Shown: positions 13,871 to 28,000, counted from the first letter of the stretch. The stretch: DNA of 64,000 nt from Octopus sinensis (GCF_006345805.1 NC_043015.1:52638001-52702000), one strand, 5' to 3'. Numbers and translations: made by a program. Notes: generated from the letters alone by a model not told the origin.

Positions 13871-14936
13871 AGGAAAATCCCAATTATGAGAAAGGTCAGT
13901 GTTCTCTCAATTCATCATTAGAAGGTTTTCAGTTTAGATAACAAACGAAGGTAGGAGACGAGATGAAAGGGGCGAGAGGCGGGTGTTGACTGTTTCGGGC
14001 CGACAGATTGAGTTTGATGTGAGATTCTCATTTCCCCCGCTTAAAAACACTCGAAGCAGGTGGTATTTGCTATCGTTTGCTTTTAAAACACTGAGCCCGA
14101 TCTCGATCAAACAGATCTATGTGCGAAAGCGTTCCAACCACGACCATCGTTTATTTTTCAATTGTCTCTTTTAAAAAAAAAATTCTTTTATTTGTTTTAT
14201 TCGTTGCAATGGAAACCGCGGCGGTCAGGCTGGGGCATCGCTCCAAAATACTTTTTTTTCTTTTTGTCTTAAGTTGAACAAATCGATTCCAATACTTATT
14301 TTCACCGCCACTAAGTTATGGGGAGGTAAACAAACCAACGCTCATGGTCAAGCAATGATGGTGGTGGGGTCACAAAAACAGGGATAAAACTGAAAGTCCA
14401 TTGCCTGTCTGTCTGTATGTAAATACGTATGTATATATACATATGTATGAATGTGTGTGTAGCCTCTAGTGATATAGGAAAACAACAATTAACAAACAAC
14501 CGGGGTTGTAAACAACTGGTAAACAGCATAAAAAATTCGTTATTAGCAATGAAAGCAGTATTCGTTCAAAATAGCATTCTGAATACCGAACTTAATGTGC
14601 ATATATACTGTAGAAACATTAGTTAATTGCTTATTACTCCCACTATTTACACTGCTGAGCCATCGATGAACCTTTATGTGGTTGTTTGGCCTGCTAGAAA
14701 TAACAGCCAAAACTCCTTCAAATTTCATTCTATAGTCTCTGCCACTGCCATCGGGGTGGAAATAGCTATCCAGAAGTGCAAGCACCAGGAATCAGAATGA
14801 CTGTTCCAGTGCATCTCCCTTGCCATCCTCTGGGGCAAGGCCTTTTCCCTTTTGTTAGCTGGGACCATGAGACAGTCTGAATTACAGGAAATTGGACGTT
14901 CCACTCCATAATGTAAAAAGTTACTCCATATAAATA

Positions 14937-15538
14937 GGGTCATGAATGACCATGGGATTGCAGCTAGAAAATCCAGGCAAGGTTGTTCATGAAAGACCAG
15001 TAGTCACCTATGCATACCAGCCTCCTCCTCTCCATACCACTGATGTTATCCAAAGAAAGGCAAAGAGGTCGATACAGTTTGGCACCAGTGATGTCACAAC
15101 TGATTTATTTCTACAAATGATTGAACTGGAGCAAAGTGAGATAAAGTGTCTTACTGAAGAATACGACACACAGCCCAGTTTGGGAATCAAACTCACGAGG
15201 ACCCTCTTTGGTCATGAATGACCATGGGATTGCACCTAGAGACATGCCCCCCCCCCAGCAACAAGTCCAGGCAAGGTTGTTTATGAAAGACCAGCAGTCA
15301 CTCATGCATACCAGCCTCCCCTCTTCACGCCACTGATGTTATCCAAGGGAAGGGGCAAAGGGGCCGATACAGCTTGGCACCAGTGACATCGCAACTTGCT
15401 TCTACAGCTGAGTTAACTCAAGCAATGTGAAATGAAGTGTCTTGCTCAAGAACACAACACACAGCCCAGCCTGGGACTAACTGACTACCTCACGATTGTG
15501 AGCCCAGTGCTCTAACCACTGAGTCAAGCGACCTACAC
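14937..15538 (-). mobile_element. Two tandem copies of a tRNA-derived SINE (family C)
   Basis: ggtcatgaatgaccatgggattgca...aagtgtcttgctcaagaacacaacacacagccc starts at about 14938 and 15210. A tRNA-like head (reverse complement of ctctaaccactgag) lies at the right end. Same family as 40415-40744. Confidence 0.85.
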
Positions 15539-16599
15539 TTTTTCCATATAAATAACTGACAATAGCTGGCAGTTAGGTCTTAAAAGGTCTCATTAAACAG
15601 CTGGTTTAATGGGATGGTTACAAATGGAATACTTTTGACTATAGATCTGAACAATCAAAATTGATCTACAGGTAAAGTAAAAAAAAAAAAATACAACTGT
15701 TTAGTTTACCTTGTCCTACTAGAAATAACAGCTAAATCTCCCTCAAATTATACTCAGTTTAAAAGATTAGACAATAAACATACAAGAAAAACTACATATT
15801 GGACAGTGTAGTCCTAGATGCATTGTGCCTGAATAAAGATGTGATAGTCACAGACATAACTTTTTTGGCTTGAGGTCTGCAACCTCCAAAGAGTCAATTA
15901 CGAGCCAAGCACCAACAGATACCTCAACGATGCTGCCTAAGTAAATGCTTTCCATTTTATTTCTTGGGGTCCTCCACCAACTTTGCCCAATTTAAGGGGA
16001 TACTTTTTTCTTTCCACTTCGTCCTATTCCCCCTCCCTACAGATTTTCAGGTTTATTTAATAAGGTGAAAAATGACAAGGCAACATCCTAAGGGTACAGA
16101 GCAGGAAACAAGAGCAGAAGATATATATATATATATAGGAGCCAAACAAGCTTAGGGGTTGGGGTAGAAATGAAAAAGGGGTGGAGGAGTGGTGAGGGTG
16201 GGGGATTTGAGGGATGAAACGGCTGGGGGGAAGAAGGGAGGAGGTAACAGTTCAGACCCAATAAATGCAATTCAGATATATTCTAATAAGATAAAGGGTG
16301 CAGGGGGAGGTGAGGTATTTATCACACCACTCCTCCTTCCTCTCTATTTCTATGTGGTAAAAACAAACAGTTCTGCATAAGACAAAGTACATATAGTCAT
16401 ACAAATATGCATACATTGCACACATATATACACATGGACACACACAGATACACACACACTCATTCACAAGCATACATTACAAACACATATACATACACCC
16501 AGCCCATTTCATGGGTCAGACGTCGCCATATAGCCTCCCTACTTACAGTCAAGTGCAACTGGGTATGTGTGTATATAGGTGGCAATAATATACTATATA

Positions 16600-17010
16600 T
16601 ATATATATACACACACACACATATATATACATACACACATATATACATACACATATACACATATATATATATACATACACACATATATACATACACACAT
16701 ATATACATACACATATACACATATATATATATATACATACACACATATATACATGCACATATATATATACATACACACATATATACATACACATATACAC
16801 ACACACACATATATATATATATACACACATATATACATGCACATATATATATACGTACACATATACACACACATATATATATATATACACACATATATAC
16901 ATGCACATATATATATACATACACACATATATAATAATATACTATATATATATATAATATATATATATATATATACACATATATATATACACACATATAT
17001 ACATACACGT
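16600..17010. repeat. Compound (TA)/(CA) microsatellite array
   Basis: acacatatatacat units. Confidence 0.95.
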
Positions 17011-17147
17011 ACAGAGGGGTGCATTGTGTGTATATGCGATGATGATAATGACAAATGACTGGAATTGAACTCCAGGTTCATGCAGTAATTGGATCCTGCA
17101 AGGAATGGCACTAAAACACTAAACTCAACAACAACAACATCAAAATG

Positions 17148-17189
<42 letters not shown>

Positions 17190-17519
17190 CTATCACTGGC
17201 TCTCAACCCCCCCACCACCACCACCTCTACCGTTGGCTACAGCATCTACAACAACAGCAAGAATAATAACAATAACAACAACAAAAAGTCATCACATAGG
17301 GTTGGTTCCAACCCCTCGCTACCCACCACCTCCCTTTGTTAACAGCAATTTCTAGAGAGAATAATGAGTTTGGACATTGGCGCTGAGGAGAACTGGTGGT
17401 GGTGGTGGAATGGGGGGGGTTATTGAAGATTTTTATGGAAGGGAAAAGAGGAAACTAAGAGAGAATGAGGAGAGAGAGAGAGAGATACGGCAAAAGGGTT
17501 AAAGTGAGTGGGGGAAAGC

Positions 17520-17550
<31 letters not shown>

Positions 17551-18014
17551 CATCAAAGTGACAGAGCATGTCAGAGAGAGAGAGAAAGAGAGCCTCAGAC
17601 GGATAGAGATATAAAGAAAGTGCTAGAGAAAGAGGGGAGGTCATCAGACAGGGAGAGAGAGAGAGAGAGAGAGATAAATAGAAGGTGGTGGAGGATACGG
17701 GAAGAAGGCCAGAGAACGACCCTCCCTGCAGGAGCAGAATGAGTAAACGGTGCATTAATGAGGAGTGTGAAATTAGCTTACAAAGTGTTAAATTCCTTCT
17801 ATGGATGGACCTGGCCGTTATGGCTTTACAGGAGATGAGACGAGATGCAGACTGGATTAGCATGGATGCTGGTTAAGTGGTTAAATGCTACCTCAAGACT
17901 CGCCAGGTGCTCAGTTCAATTCTTTGTATAACAGAAAGCACAGGAGATAATAGAATGGAACGGAATAAGAAAGATGGCATTTAACCTATTAGCATTCGGA
18001 TTATTCTGTCAAAC

Positions 18015-18400
18015 GGCACAGGTGTGGCTGTGTGGTAAGTAGCTTGCTAACCAACCACATGGTTCCGGGTTCAGTCCCACTGCGTGGCATCTTGGGCAAG
18101 TGTCTTCTGCTATAGCCCCGGGCCGACCAACGCCTTGTGAGTGGATTTGGTAGACGGAAACTGAAAGAAGCCTGTCGTATATATGTGTGTGTGTATGTGT
18201 TTGCGTGGCTGTGTTTGTCCCCCTTGACAACCGATGCTGGTGTATTTATGTCCCCGTCACTTAGCGGTTCGGCAAAAGAGACCGATAGAATAAGTACTGG
18301 GTTTACAATGAATAAGTCCCAGGGTCGATTTGCTTGACTAAAGGTGGTGCTCCAGCATGGCCGCAGTCAAAATGACTGAAACAAGTAAAAGAGTAAAAGA
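18015..18400 (+). mobile_element. Full-length tRNA-derived SINE (family A), inserted in a TTAA MITE
   Basis: Head ggcacaggtgtggctgtgtggtaag...gggttcagtccc (Pol III box A/B-like), internal (TG)n, tail gactgaaacaagtaaaagagtaaaaga. The host MITE resumes after about 18410. Confidence 0.9.
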
Positions 18401-19499
18401 CAGAGAGAGAGTAATGCTTATTTATTCACCTTGTTTCGAATTGATCATGCATTATCTCATAGCTTTGAGATTTCAATGATGTGCCATTCAAGAAGCACTG
18501 GTGACGGTACCTCATAAAAAGCACCAAATATGCTCTTGGAGTGGTTGGCATTAGGAAGGGCATCCAGCTGTAGAAACCAAGCCAAAATGGACTACAGAAT
18601 CTGGTGTGGCTCCTGACCTCACTGGCTCCTGGCAAACTGTGCAACCCATGCCAGCATGGAAAACAGACACTAAATGATGATTGTATATTTTTAAAATGAC
18701 ATTCTAGAACAAGTGTGAGAGGTTAGATCTGACCAGTTAGGGCATAAAATATGTAGAGTATTTAGGCTATATATGGTCAGTTTTGAGTGCTAAAGCATTA
18801 AACTAGCCATAATCAGGCCCAAATATTCTACTTGTTTTATGACCAAACTGACCAGATTTGGTCTTTCACACCTAGCCTACAGTATCAATCTAAAAATAAA
18901 CAATCAGACCAGAGAAATCTTGAAAACTGCAACATCGTCCATGATTAATTCAAAAACGATGTGACAGAGTAATCTGAATGCCGAGAGTTTAAAGCAAGCA
19001 CTGCCAATGGCATGAAGGCCGAATGTAGCCTTTGATGTTACTGAACAAGCTATCTCGGACCACAGAAGGAAGGAGAGAGAAAGTAAAAACCAAGCACTTT
19101 CACACAGATTATTGCTAAAACGTGTGTAATTCTAGGTGTGTCTTGTGAGTAATTATGTAACATTAGTATTTAATTAATGAGATAGCTAATAATCTCTGCG
19201 TGTAATTATAACTCACAGTTAATGTATGCATAATTGCATGTAGCACACAGAGGAGGAAGGTGGAATGGTGAACACTAAAGAGACGGTTAGGGCTGAGCGA
19301 GATGAGATGCAGGAGTTAGCTGGGTCACATGACATTCCTGTAAATTAAAAATATACAGCAGCACACGATATTAGGAGCGAATTCAAACAAATGGAAACCC
19401 ACGTTGTTTGAAGACTTACATGGCATGCTTAAGCTGTACACCATGTCAACTCGTCTGCCAGAAAATACAGTACGTCACACACACCCATATATATATATG

Positions 19500-19740
19500 T
19501 ATGTATGTATGTATATATATGAACATATATATATATGAACATATATATATATATGAACATATATATATATATGAACATATATATATATATGAACATATAT
19601 ATATATATGAACATATATATATATATGAACATATATATATATATGAACATATTATATATATATATATGAACATATATATATATATGAACATATATATATA
19701 TATATATATGAACATATATTATATATATATATATATGAAC

Positions 19741-19760
<20 letters not shown>
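19500..19760. repeat. (ATATATATATATGAAC)n minisatellite
   Basis: About 13 gaac-punctuated TA units. Confidence 0.95.
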
Positions 19761-19773
<13 letters not shown>

Positions 19774-19855
19774 GGAACAGACAACAAAAGTATATGGGTG
19801 TATTTGAAAGAGAAAATGCATACAGCTATAGCACTCCTTCCAGACACCAGACACC

Positions 19856-19923
<68 letters not shown>

Positions 19924-20379
19924 CGTGTATATATGTCAAAGTTTCGTAATGGCAGTGTACAAGACAGGAGTGGAGGAGATAAACAGTTTCAAATTTATCA
20001 CAAACATGTCAGACCACAAACAATTTGGAATATCTAATTCATCCAGTTTGTCGTCGTCATCATCGTCATCAAATTATTATTATTATCATCATCATCATCA
20101 TCATCATTATTTCTCTAGTTGTTGTTGATGCTGTTTTGGCTCCTATTTTGTTGTCTTATTTTGTATTGACAAGGAATTTGCAACTATTTTTTTTTTCTCT
20201 TTCTTTCTTTCTTAAAGGAACCGAAAAACAAAACAAAGCAAAAAAAAAAAAGCAAGGAAAAAAAGAAAGGAAAAAGAGATTGGAGGAAAAAGAGAAGAAA
20301 AGCAAAATTCAAAACCGAAAAGAAAAAAAAACCAAAAAGAAACCCTGATAAACAGGAAATTTAACAGAATATTGAAATA

Positions 20380-20770
20380 ATAACAGTAGTAGCAACAATA
20401 AGAAGAACAATAATAACCAAAATAATAACAAAAATAATAATAATTACTACAATAACCATAATAATAACAATAATGATAATAATAACAATAACGACGATAA
20501 TAATAACGGATAATAAAGATGATAATAACAATAATGATAATAATAATAACGATAATAATAATGATAATAATAATGATAATAGTAATAAATAATGGTAACA
20601 ATAATAATATAATGATAATAGTAATAATAATAATAATAGTGATAATAATAATAAATAATAAAGTGATGTAATAATAATAATAATGATGATAATAATAATA
20701 ATATGATGAATAATAATAATAATAATAATATAATAATAATAATAATATAATAATAATAAAATGTTGATGA
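20380..20770. repeat. Degenerate (AAT)n array
   Basis: About 390 bp of aat/aac/gat triplets. Confidence 0.95.
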
Positions 20771-21037
20771 TGATGGTTTCTGACAACAGACATTAACAAA
20801 AACAGCCAAACATCTTTTGTGTGAGAAATGTCTTTGCTTGAATTCTTTCTTTTTCTTTTATTATTTTTTTTTTCCATGAAAGAAAGAGACAGTTGGTGGT
20901 GGTGGTCATGACAGAGTTGGATGGAGCAACGCAGTGGTGGTGGTGGAAAAAAAATTAATTGATTCCTGCCCCCCATTAGATTGATGGTACTGATATTGTG
21001 GTATCAAGAGAGAGAAACAGAAAGAGGAGAGAGAGAG

Positions 21038-21075
<38 letters not shown>

Positions 21076-21448
21076 ATGCTGACGGGGGTGGTATGGGGTG
21101 TAGAAGAAGGTGGACGGGAAGGAAATGGGGGGGGGGTGCTGAGGGCGGAGGATAAGAGAGGCCGAGTGAGAGAGAACATTATATTTGAAAGAATTAAATA
21201 GCATCAATAACAACTGCTACAACAACAACAACAATAATAATAATAATAATAATATAATAGTAATAATAATAATATTAATCAGGATGATGATGACGATGAT
21301 GACGGGTGACAATGATAATAAAACCACCCGCTACATTTCTTTATGTGATGTTGTGTGAATTTACATTTATTTAGGAAAAAAAGTTTAGGAAAAAAATAAG
21401 AGGTAAAAAAAAAACTTGGAATACACACACACAACACACACGTGTGTA

Positions 21449-21530
<82 letters not shown>

Positions 21531-21715
21531 TACACACACACACACACATATATATATACACACACACACATATATATACACACACACACACATATATATA
21601 CACACACACACACACACACATATATATACACACACACACACATATATATATATATGTACATCCACACACATATAAATCTCCATGTTTGTTATTTCATGTG
21701 TTTGCATGTGAAAGT

Positions 21716-21774
<59 letters not shown>

Positions 21775-22665
21775 AAAATAATAAATAATAAATTTTTTTT
21801 TCTCCTTTTTCAAATTAAAACAAAATAGAACAAAATATTCCTGTAGAAGTAGAAGAAAAACCTAGGAAAAAGAAATCAAAACAAAACACCCAAAAGAAAA
21901 CTCCTTTCAATAAAGGCAACGAGGTTGGGTGGGGAGTGAGAGAGAGAGAGGAAACGGAGAAGATGGGGACAGGGGGGTGGGAGGGGAACTCTGTAAAATT
22001 CATTCGTGAAAGACGCGAAGAGTGATGAATATGATGATGCGGAATAACAAAAATAGAAATGAAAATTTCCAGAGAAGCAGACAGAAAGAAGAATATTGGT
22101 AAAAACTTTCAGGGTCTTCATGGAGTTCCTTAAATGCTGGCATCTCAGTTAAGCATGAAGCCGAGTTGCTTAAATTCGAGCTCTTTAACTAACGATGGGT
22201 GGGTGGGTAGGAGAGTGGGAGGGAGGGAGAGAGATAGAGGGGGTGGAACCATGAATGAGAGGGGTTAGGACACAGAAATGTAGAAATTAATCCGAAATGC
22301 TGCAGTTATTAGATGATAGCAAGACTGTGATGAACGGGTGGGGGTGGGGTGTATATAGGGGTAGATTGAATGAAATGGATGGATGGGTGGGTGGTGGCTG
22401 GGTATATGGATGGATGGATAGATGGGTGGCTGGTTTGATGGGTAGAAGCATGGCTCGATGACTGGGTGGGTAGATGGCTGGGTGGATAGTGGAATGACTG
22501 GGTAGATGCCTGGATAGATGGATGTCTATCACTCCACGTGTCAGATGATGGGTGGATGGAGTCAGAGATAGACAGCAAAATTGATGGAGAAGTATTATAC
22601 AGAAACATACAGATGATAATCAATAGCTAGATGGATAGACATAAGAAAACAAACAGATACTGATA

Positions 22666-22827
22666 GGCGCAGGAGTGGCTGTGTGGTAAGTAACTTGCTT
22701 ACCAACCACATGATTCTAGGTTCAGTCCCACTGCGTGGCATCTTGGACAAGTGTCTTCTACTATAGCCTCGGCCTGACCAAAGCCTTGCGAGTGGATTTG
22801 GTAGACGGAAACTGAAGGAAGCCCGTC

Positions 22828-22830
<3 letters not shown>
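22666..22830 (+). mobile_element. SINE family A, 5' half
   Basis: ggcgcaggagtggctgtgtggtaag...ggtagacggaaactgaaggaagcccgtcg. Confidence 0.85.
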
Positions 22831-22881
<51 letters not shown>

Positions 22882-23480
22882 CTGTCTGTATATGTTTGTG
22901 TGTCGGTCTTCTCAAAAGTGCAGACCAAAGTTTGTTGTTTTTTGGGGGTTTTTTTGTGTAAGGCCGATCAGCAATTTTGCATGGTGGACCACCTGTATAT
23001 GTAACCCTCCCTTCTCTACATCATTGATTTCATTCAAAGGAAATCTTAGAGTCAATATGAGTTATAATGGCAGCGATGTCATTGCAATGGTTAGTGTTAG
23101 AATACGAAGATCCATACAACATCACACCCAAAAATAAACACTTACTTCACCCAACCACCTGCGGATTGATTCTTCATTTATCAACCCCAGAATGATAAAT
23201 GATCAAAGGTGCAGTTGCATCTCTTCGGGATTTGAACATGGAACATAAAGAGTCAGAACAAATACTTGCAATGCCTTGTAATGACTTTGCCAACAGCAAT
23301 CATATAAATACAAGAAGTATTCTACATTTGATCGGTGAGGGTTTATGAAATCCAAGAGTTGCAACCGAGAGTAACCACAACGCTGTAACAACTATTTACG
23401 TCCTATTTCAGTATTGAGTAATTTTTCTTCTTGTTTGTAAATGCAAACATACATACATGAGTGTGTATCTATCTACCTAC

Positions 23481-23503
<23 letters not shown>

Positions 23504-23513
<10 letters not shown>

Positions 23514-23773
23514 TATTCGAGACAAAACCACTATTTTGCAAAACAAACGAGGAAAGACTTAATCAATACATAAATTTTAATAAATAGTCAAAAAATGTGG
23601 CGGTTTTTTTGACTATTTATTAAAATTTATGTATTGATTAAGTCTTTCCTCGTTTGTTTTGCAAAATAGTGGTTTTGTCTCGAATAATATTTTATAATAT
23701 TTTACTATAAAATCGATTTAATCCTAAATCTGATTTTTTCCCTGTAAATTTGGATTTATTCCCTAATATTTAT

Positions 23774-23813
<40 letters not shown>

Positions 23814-24082
23814 TATAAAATATTATTCGAGACAAAACCACTATTTTGCAAAACAAACGAGGAAAGACTTAATCAATACATAAATTTTAATAAATAGTCA
23901 AAAAATGTGGCGGTTTTTTTGACTATTTATTAAAATTTATGTATTGATTAAGTCTTTCCTCGTTTGTTTTGCAAAATAGTGGTTTTGTCTCGAATAATAT
24001 TTTATAATATTTTACTATAAAATCGATTTAATCCTAAATCTGATTTTTTCCCTGTAAATTTGGATTTATTCCCTAATATTAT

Positions 24083-24087
<5 letters not shown>
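23504..24087. repeat. Tandem duplication (310-bp period) of a fold-back element with perfect 92-bp inverted arms, embedded in (TA)n
   Basis: Arms 23504-23595 and 23605-23696 with a 9-nt loop TGTGGCGGT. An identical second hairpin lies at 23814-24006. Both are followed by the same ~80-bp tail. Confidence 0.95.
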
Positions 24088-24124
<37 letters not shown>

Positions 24125-24203
24125 TTTCTAGATCCAATATACGTATAATCAACAAAACAGTACTCCAGCCAATAAGAAATATCAATTTAATACGCATACT
24201 GAA

Positions 24204-24281
24204 AGAGCTACTAACAGTTTCATGCAATAAGGATACTTGGAAAAGTATATTTCTAAAATGTGCAATGCATCTTCAGGTTCT
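24204..24281 (-). ncRNA. Degenerate minimal type I hammerhead ribozyme (Penelope-like element remnant)
   Basis: Minus strand: AGAAC-CTGAAGA-TGCA...TGCAT-GAAACT-GTT-AGTA^GCTCT. Core CUGANGA/GAAA, short stem III (ACU/AGU), GUA triplet, stem I with one mismatch. Confidence 0.55.
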
Positions 24282-24309
24282 GTTTATACTTTTGGCATTA
24301 TGTTGTGCT

Positions 24310-24562
24310 TAGGAAGAAAACCTATCAAGCTGAGCAAAATTGCAGCTGTGGCAGATACAGGTGTCACATAAATGGCACCCGTACTGGTGGCACGTAAAAG
24401 CAACTGTTACACTGTCAGAATGGTTGGTGTTAGGAAGGGCATCCGACTGTAGAAACCATGCCAAATCAGACTGGTGTCTGGTGCAGCCTTCCAGTGTGCC
24501 AGCTACAGTCAAACCGTCCAAACCATGCCAGCGAGGACAATGGACATTAAATGGTGATGATG
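24310..24562 (+). mobile_element. SINE/LINE-tail repeat (family D)
   Basis: ggcacgtaaaagca...tggttggtgttaggaagggcatcc...ccatgccagc...ggacattaaa(tga)n. Related copies lie at about 18490-18680, 28370-28562 and 57655-58015 (+), and 35440-35720 and 51900-52090 (-). Confidence 0.75.
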
Positions 24563-24672
24563 CTATATATATATCAAAAATTAGGGAATGTAATAAATAA
24601 AATCCAGGCTTACATATAGACTGCTTGAAGCTTACTATTTTCCTACAACTTGATCTTTTCATCTTACCTTTA

Positions 24673-24704
<32 letters not shown>

Positions 24705-24707
<3 letters not shown>

Positions 24708-25011
24708 GCAGTATCGCCTGGCGTTGCTTGGGTTTGTAAGGGAAATGACTATATATGCATTTTTAGAGAGTTACTTCCCTTTTATAACCCGAGCAAAAAT
24801 CATTAAAAATGCGAAAAAATGATGGAAAATTTTTTTTTAAATCGTAGACTCATCGTAGATGCGTGCTAATACCCAGAAGGGCTCGATATGAATGACGATT
24901 ATAAGATACCCGCTTTTGGTTAAACTGCACCGCAAAATGTGGGAGTAGTTAGGAATCTAAATCGGAGTAGACAGAGTCTCACACACACAACTTCAATTTT
25001 ATATATAAAGA
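24705..25011 (-). mobile_element. Non-autonomous Helitron-like element in (TA)n
   Basis: The minus strand starts TC(TTTATATATA) and ends with a GC-rich hairpin (CCCAAGCAACGCCAGGCG) just before CTAC/CTAG-like terminal bases. Confidence 0.65.
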
Positions 25012-28000
25012 TATATATAAGCAGGCTTAGCTGTGTTGGTTAAGAGGCTCACTTTGCAACCAAGTAGCTTTCTTGTTCAATCTCGATCCATGGTACCTTG
25101 AGCAAGTATCTTCCACTACAATGTCGGGCTGACCAGTACATTTCCAGGTGAAACTGGTAGAGGAAAACTGTGTGGAAGCCCACCGTATTTCTACGTGTGT
25201 GAGTGCGAGTGTGTCTTTCTTTCCACCACCACTTGACAACTATTGTTGGTTTGTTTATGTCCCTAGTAGTTCAGCAAGAGAAACCAATACATTAAGTACC
25301 AACTACGCTTTAAAAAAAAACAAACAAAAAAAAGGACTGTGGCCAATTTGTTTGACTAAAGCTTTCAAGGCAATGCCCCAGAATGGCCACGGTTTCAATG
25401 ACTGGAAACAGGCACAAGGTATATTCGAGTGTGTGTGTGTGTGTGTGTGTGTGTGCACAAAATGTGTTGGGGGTGAAGAAGTAAAGGAAGGAAAGAGGAA
25501 GAGGAAGAACATATAGGAAGAAACAAAAATGTATACATTGATGAAGGCGGTGGGGCGATGGTGGTAAAGGTGCTGGGAGGAGGAGGAGGAAGAGGAGATA
25601 TAGAAGGCAAAAGACAATGACCTCAATGTTTTCTTCTCTACCTATCACTGCCTCTCCCCTCCTTTCCTCCCTACACCCTCTCTATCTCAGTCTTCCACCC
25701 CCCCCCCAACCTGCCCTTCCTCTTCCTTCTACTCGCAGACAGCACTGAGCTCTCTTTTGTAATGATGGAGAAGATAAAAGAGGCATTTTTGTTGTTGAGG
25801 CAGCCTCATCACTTATCTTTCTGTATGTGTGTATGTATGTGAATGTATGTACGTGTGTATGTGTCTAGCACAATGCTTGTATATGTATAATTCTGAGTGT
25901 ATTTATGCGTACATATGTAACCCTCTACATACTTCACTGTGTGTGTGTGTGAGAGCACATGTATGTCATTATGTATGTGATTGCATATGTCTAATTCTCA
26001 GTTTGTGTGTATGTGTATGTATGTATATGCTTGTATATGTATAATTCTGAATGTGTATATATGTGTACCTCTATAATTGTGTGTGTATGTATGTCCTGGC
26101 ATACATATAATTCTATGTGTATCCTTCTGCATAGTTCAGTGAGTGTTAGTGTGGTGTGTGTGTGTGTCAGTGTTGATGTGTGCGTATATGTACGTATACC
26201 TATTAATGTGTAAGTATATACCTATGTTATGTATACCTGTGTGTATGTGTGTGTGTGTGTGCATACAGCTTTGTGTATCTGTAGCTGTGTGTGTGTGTGT
26301 GTGTGTATGAAGGTGTATGTTACATGATGAACTTGGCTGATGTTGCGGTGGGAAGTTAAGAGAAAAAAGCGATGGGGGTGGCGGCAGGAGGTAAGAGGCG
26401 AGGGAGGCTGGAGTGTGGGGCTTGTCGCTGGCAGGTTTTTCTTAGCAAACTTTACAGTCTGTCAGTCACACTACACACACACACACACACACAACGCAAT
26501 TACGGGTGTGCATCTGTGTATGTAATTGTCTCCTGTTTGTGTAAGATACAATTACACAAACACACACACACGTACATTATACACATACACATATACATAC
26601 ATTACGCACACATATTTATATATATATATGTAATACATATGACAGACCATTGCATACATAAACATGTACACACACACACACGCAAACTTCCTTTCACACA
26701 TTTACAAACGCCAACAAAAAGCAATTATAGTCAGCCATACACATTCACACACACACGGGCAGTTTACACACAAGCTCTTAATTACACATACACACACACA
26801 CATACACTCACAAGCGTACAAAGAAACAGAAAGAAATGCAAAGGTGTTCCACAAGTAAGGCAGCATTTAAGTATGATTTACAGTGGAAAACTTGACAGAC
26901 CTTTGGGACACATGATTAGAGTTTTCTTACAAAATGTGGCTTGTGTTGAGCAAAGATAGGAGGAGGAGGAGGAGGAGGGGGTAGTAGACAGAGGAGATTG
27001 TGTAAGGAAGTAGCAAAACTGCTGGAGGGGTAGGCAGTGATGAGATGTGTGTGTGTGTATGTGTGTTTGTGTGTGTGTGTGTGTGTGGTGTGTTTGGTGG
27101 GAGCCCATTCCAGGCTGGGAAGCATGAAGAATGCTGCTTTCTTGGAGTTAGAGAGAGAACCCGGGATGGTAGGGAGTAGGGGAGGGACAGAACGTGGTGG
27201 GGGGGAGGTAGGGGTTGAATGGCGGGAGTGTTGTGTGTGTGAGCATGCGTGCTTGTAATTAATTGTTGTGTACAGGAGTGACGGCACAAATCTCATGACA
27301 TATATGCCTATGTACACACACACACACACATGGATATACATACACTCAAGCAAAAACACACACACACACACAGGGATATACACACATGTGTAAACACACA
27401 AACAGGTACAGGCATAAGATTTACAGGTACACACACACCCATAGGCATGCAAAGTTACTTCATATATATATATATATATATATACATACACATATATATA
27501 TATACATACATATATATATATATATATGTACACACACACACACACACAGATATATACATACATACATACATACACACACATGCCACCTACAATTAAAGAT
27601 TATGTTATCAAACGGTTATTGTTATCAAAATTTGTGGGTGCCCAAACATGTTCAATATGTTGCTATTTGGTCTTTTTAATTGCTACAGCTGTTTATTGTT
27701 ATCTACAAAGCTCTGTTCCAAAATGATTACAGCAACCAACTTCCACTGCATGCATGCGTGTGTATAGGCCATCTAACCATAGAAAAGCAGAGGTAAGAAT
27801 GACAGTAATAATGATGGAGTGCTATATGACATTATATCATATGATATAATACACTATATATATAGGGTAAGTCAGTCAGTGAAGGGAATGGAGTAGGTAG
27901 TTATGTAATACATATGTTTCAAAGGATGTACAGAACAAGTATTATGCAACTTTAACGTACTACACAATGTTCCTCTTTTACGACAATGAACAAGTAGGTA

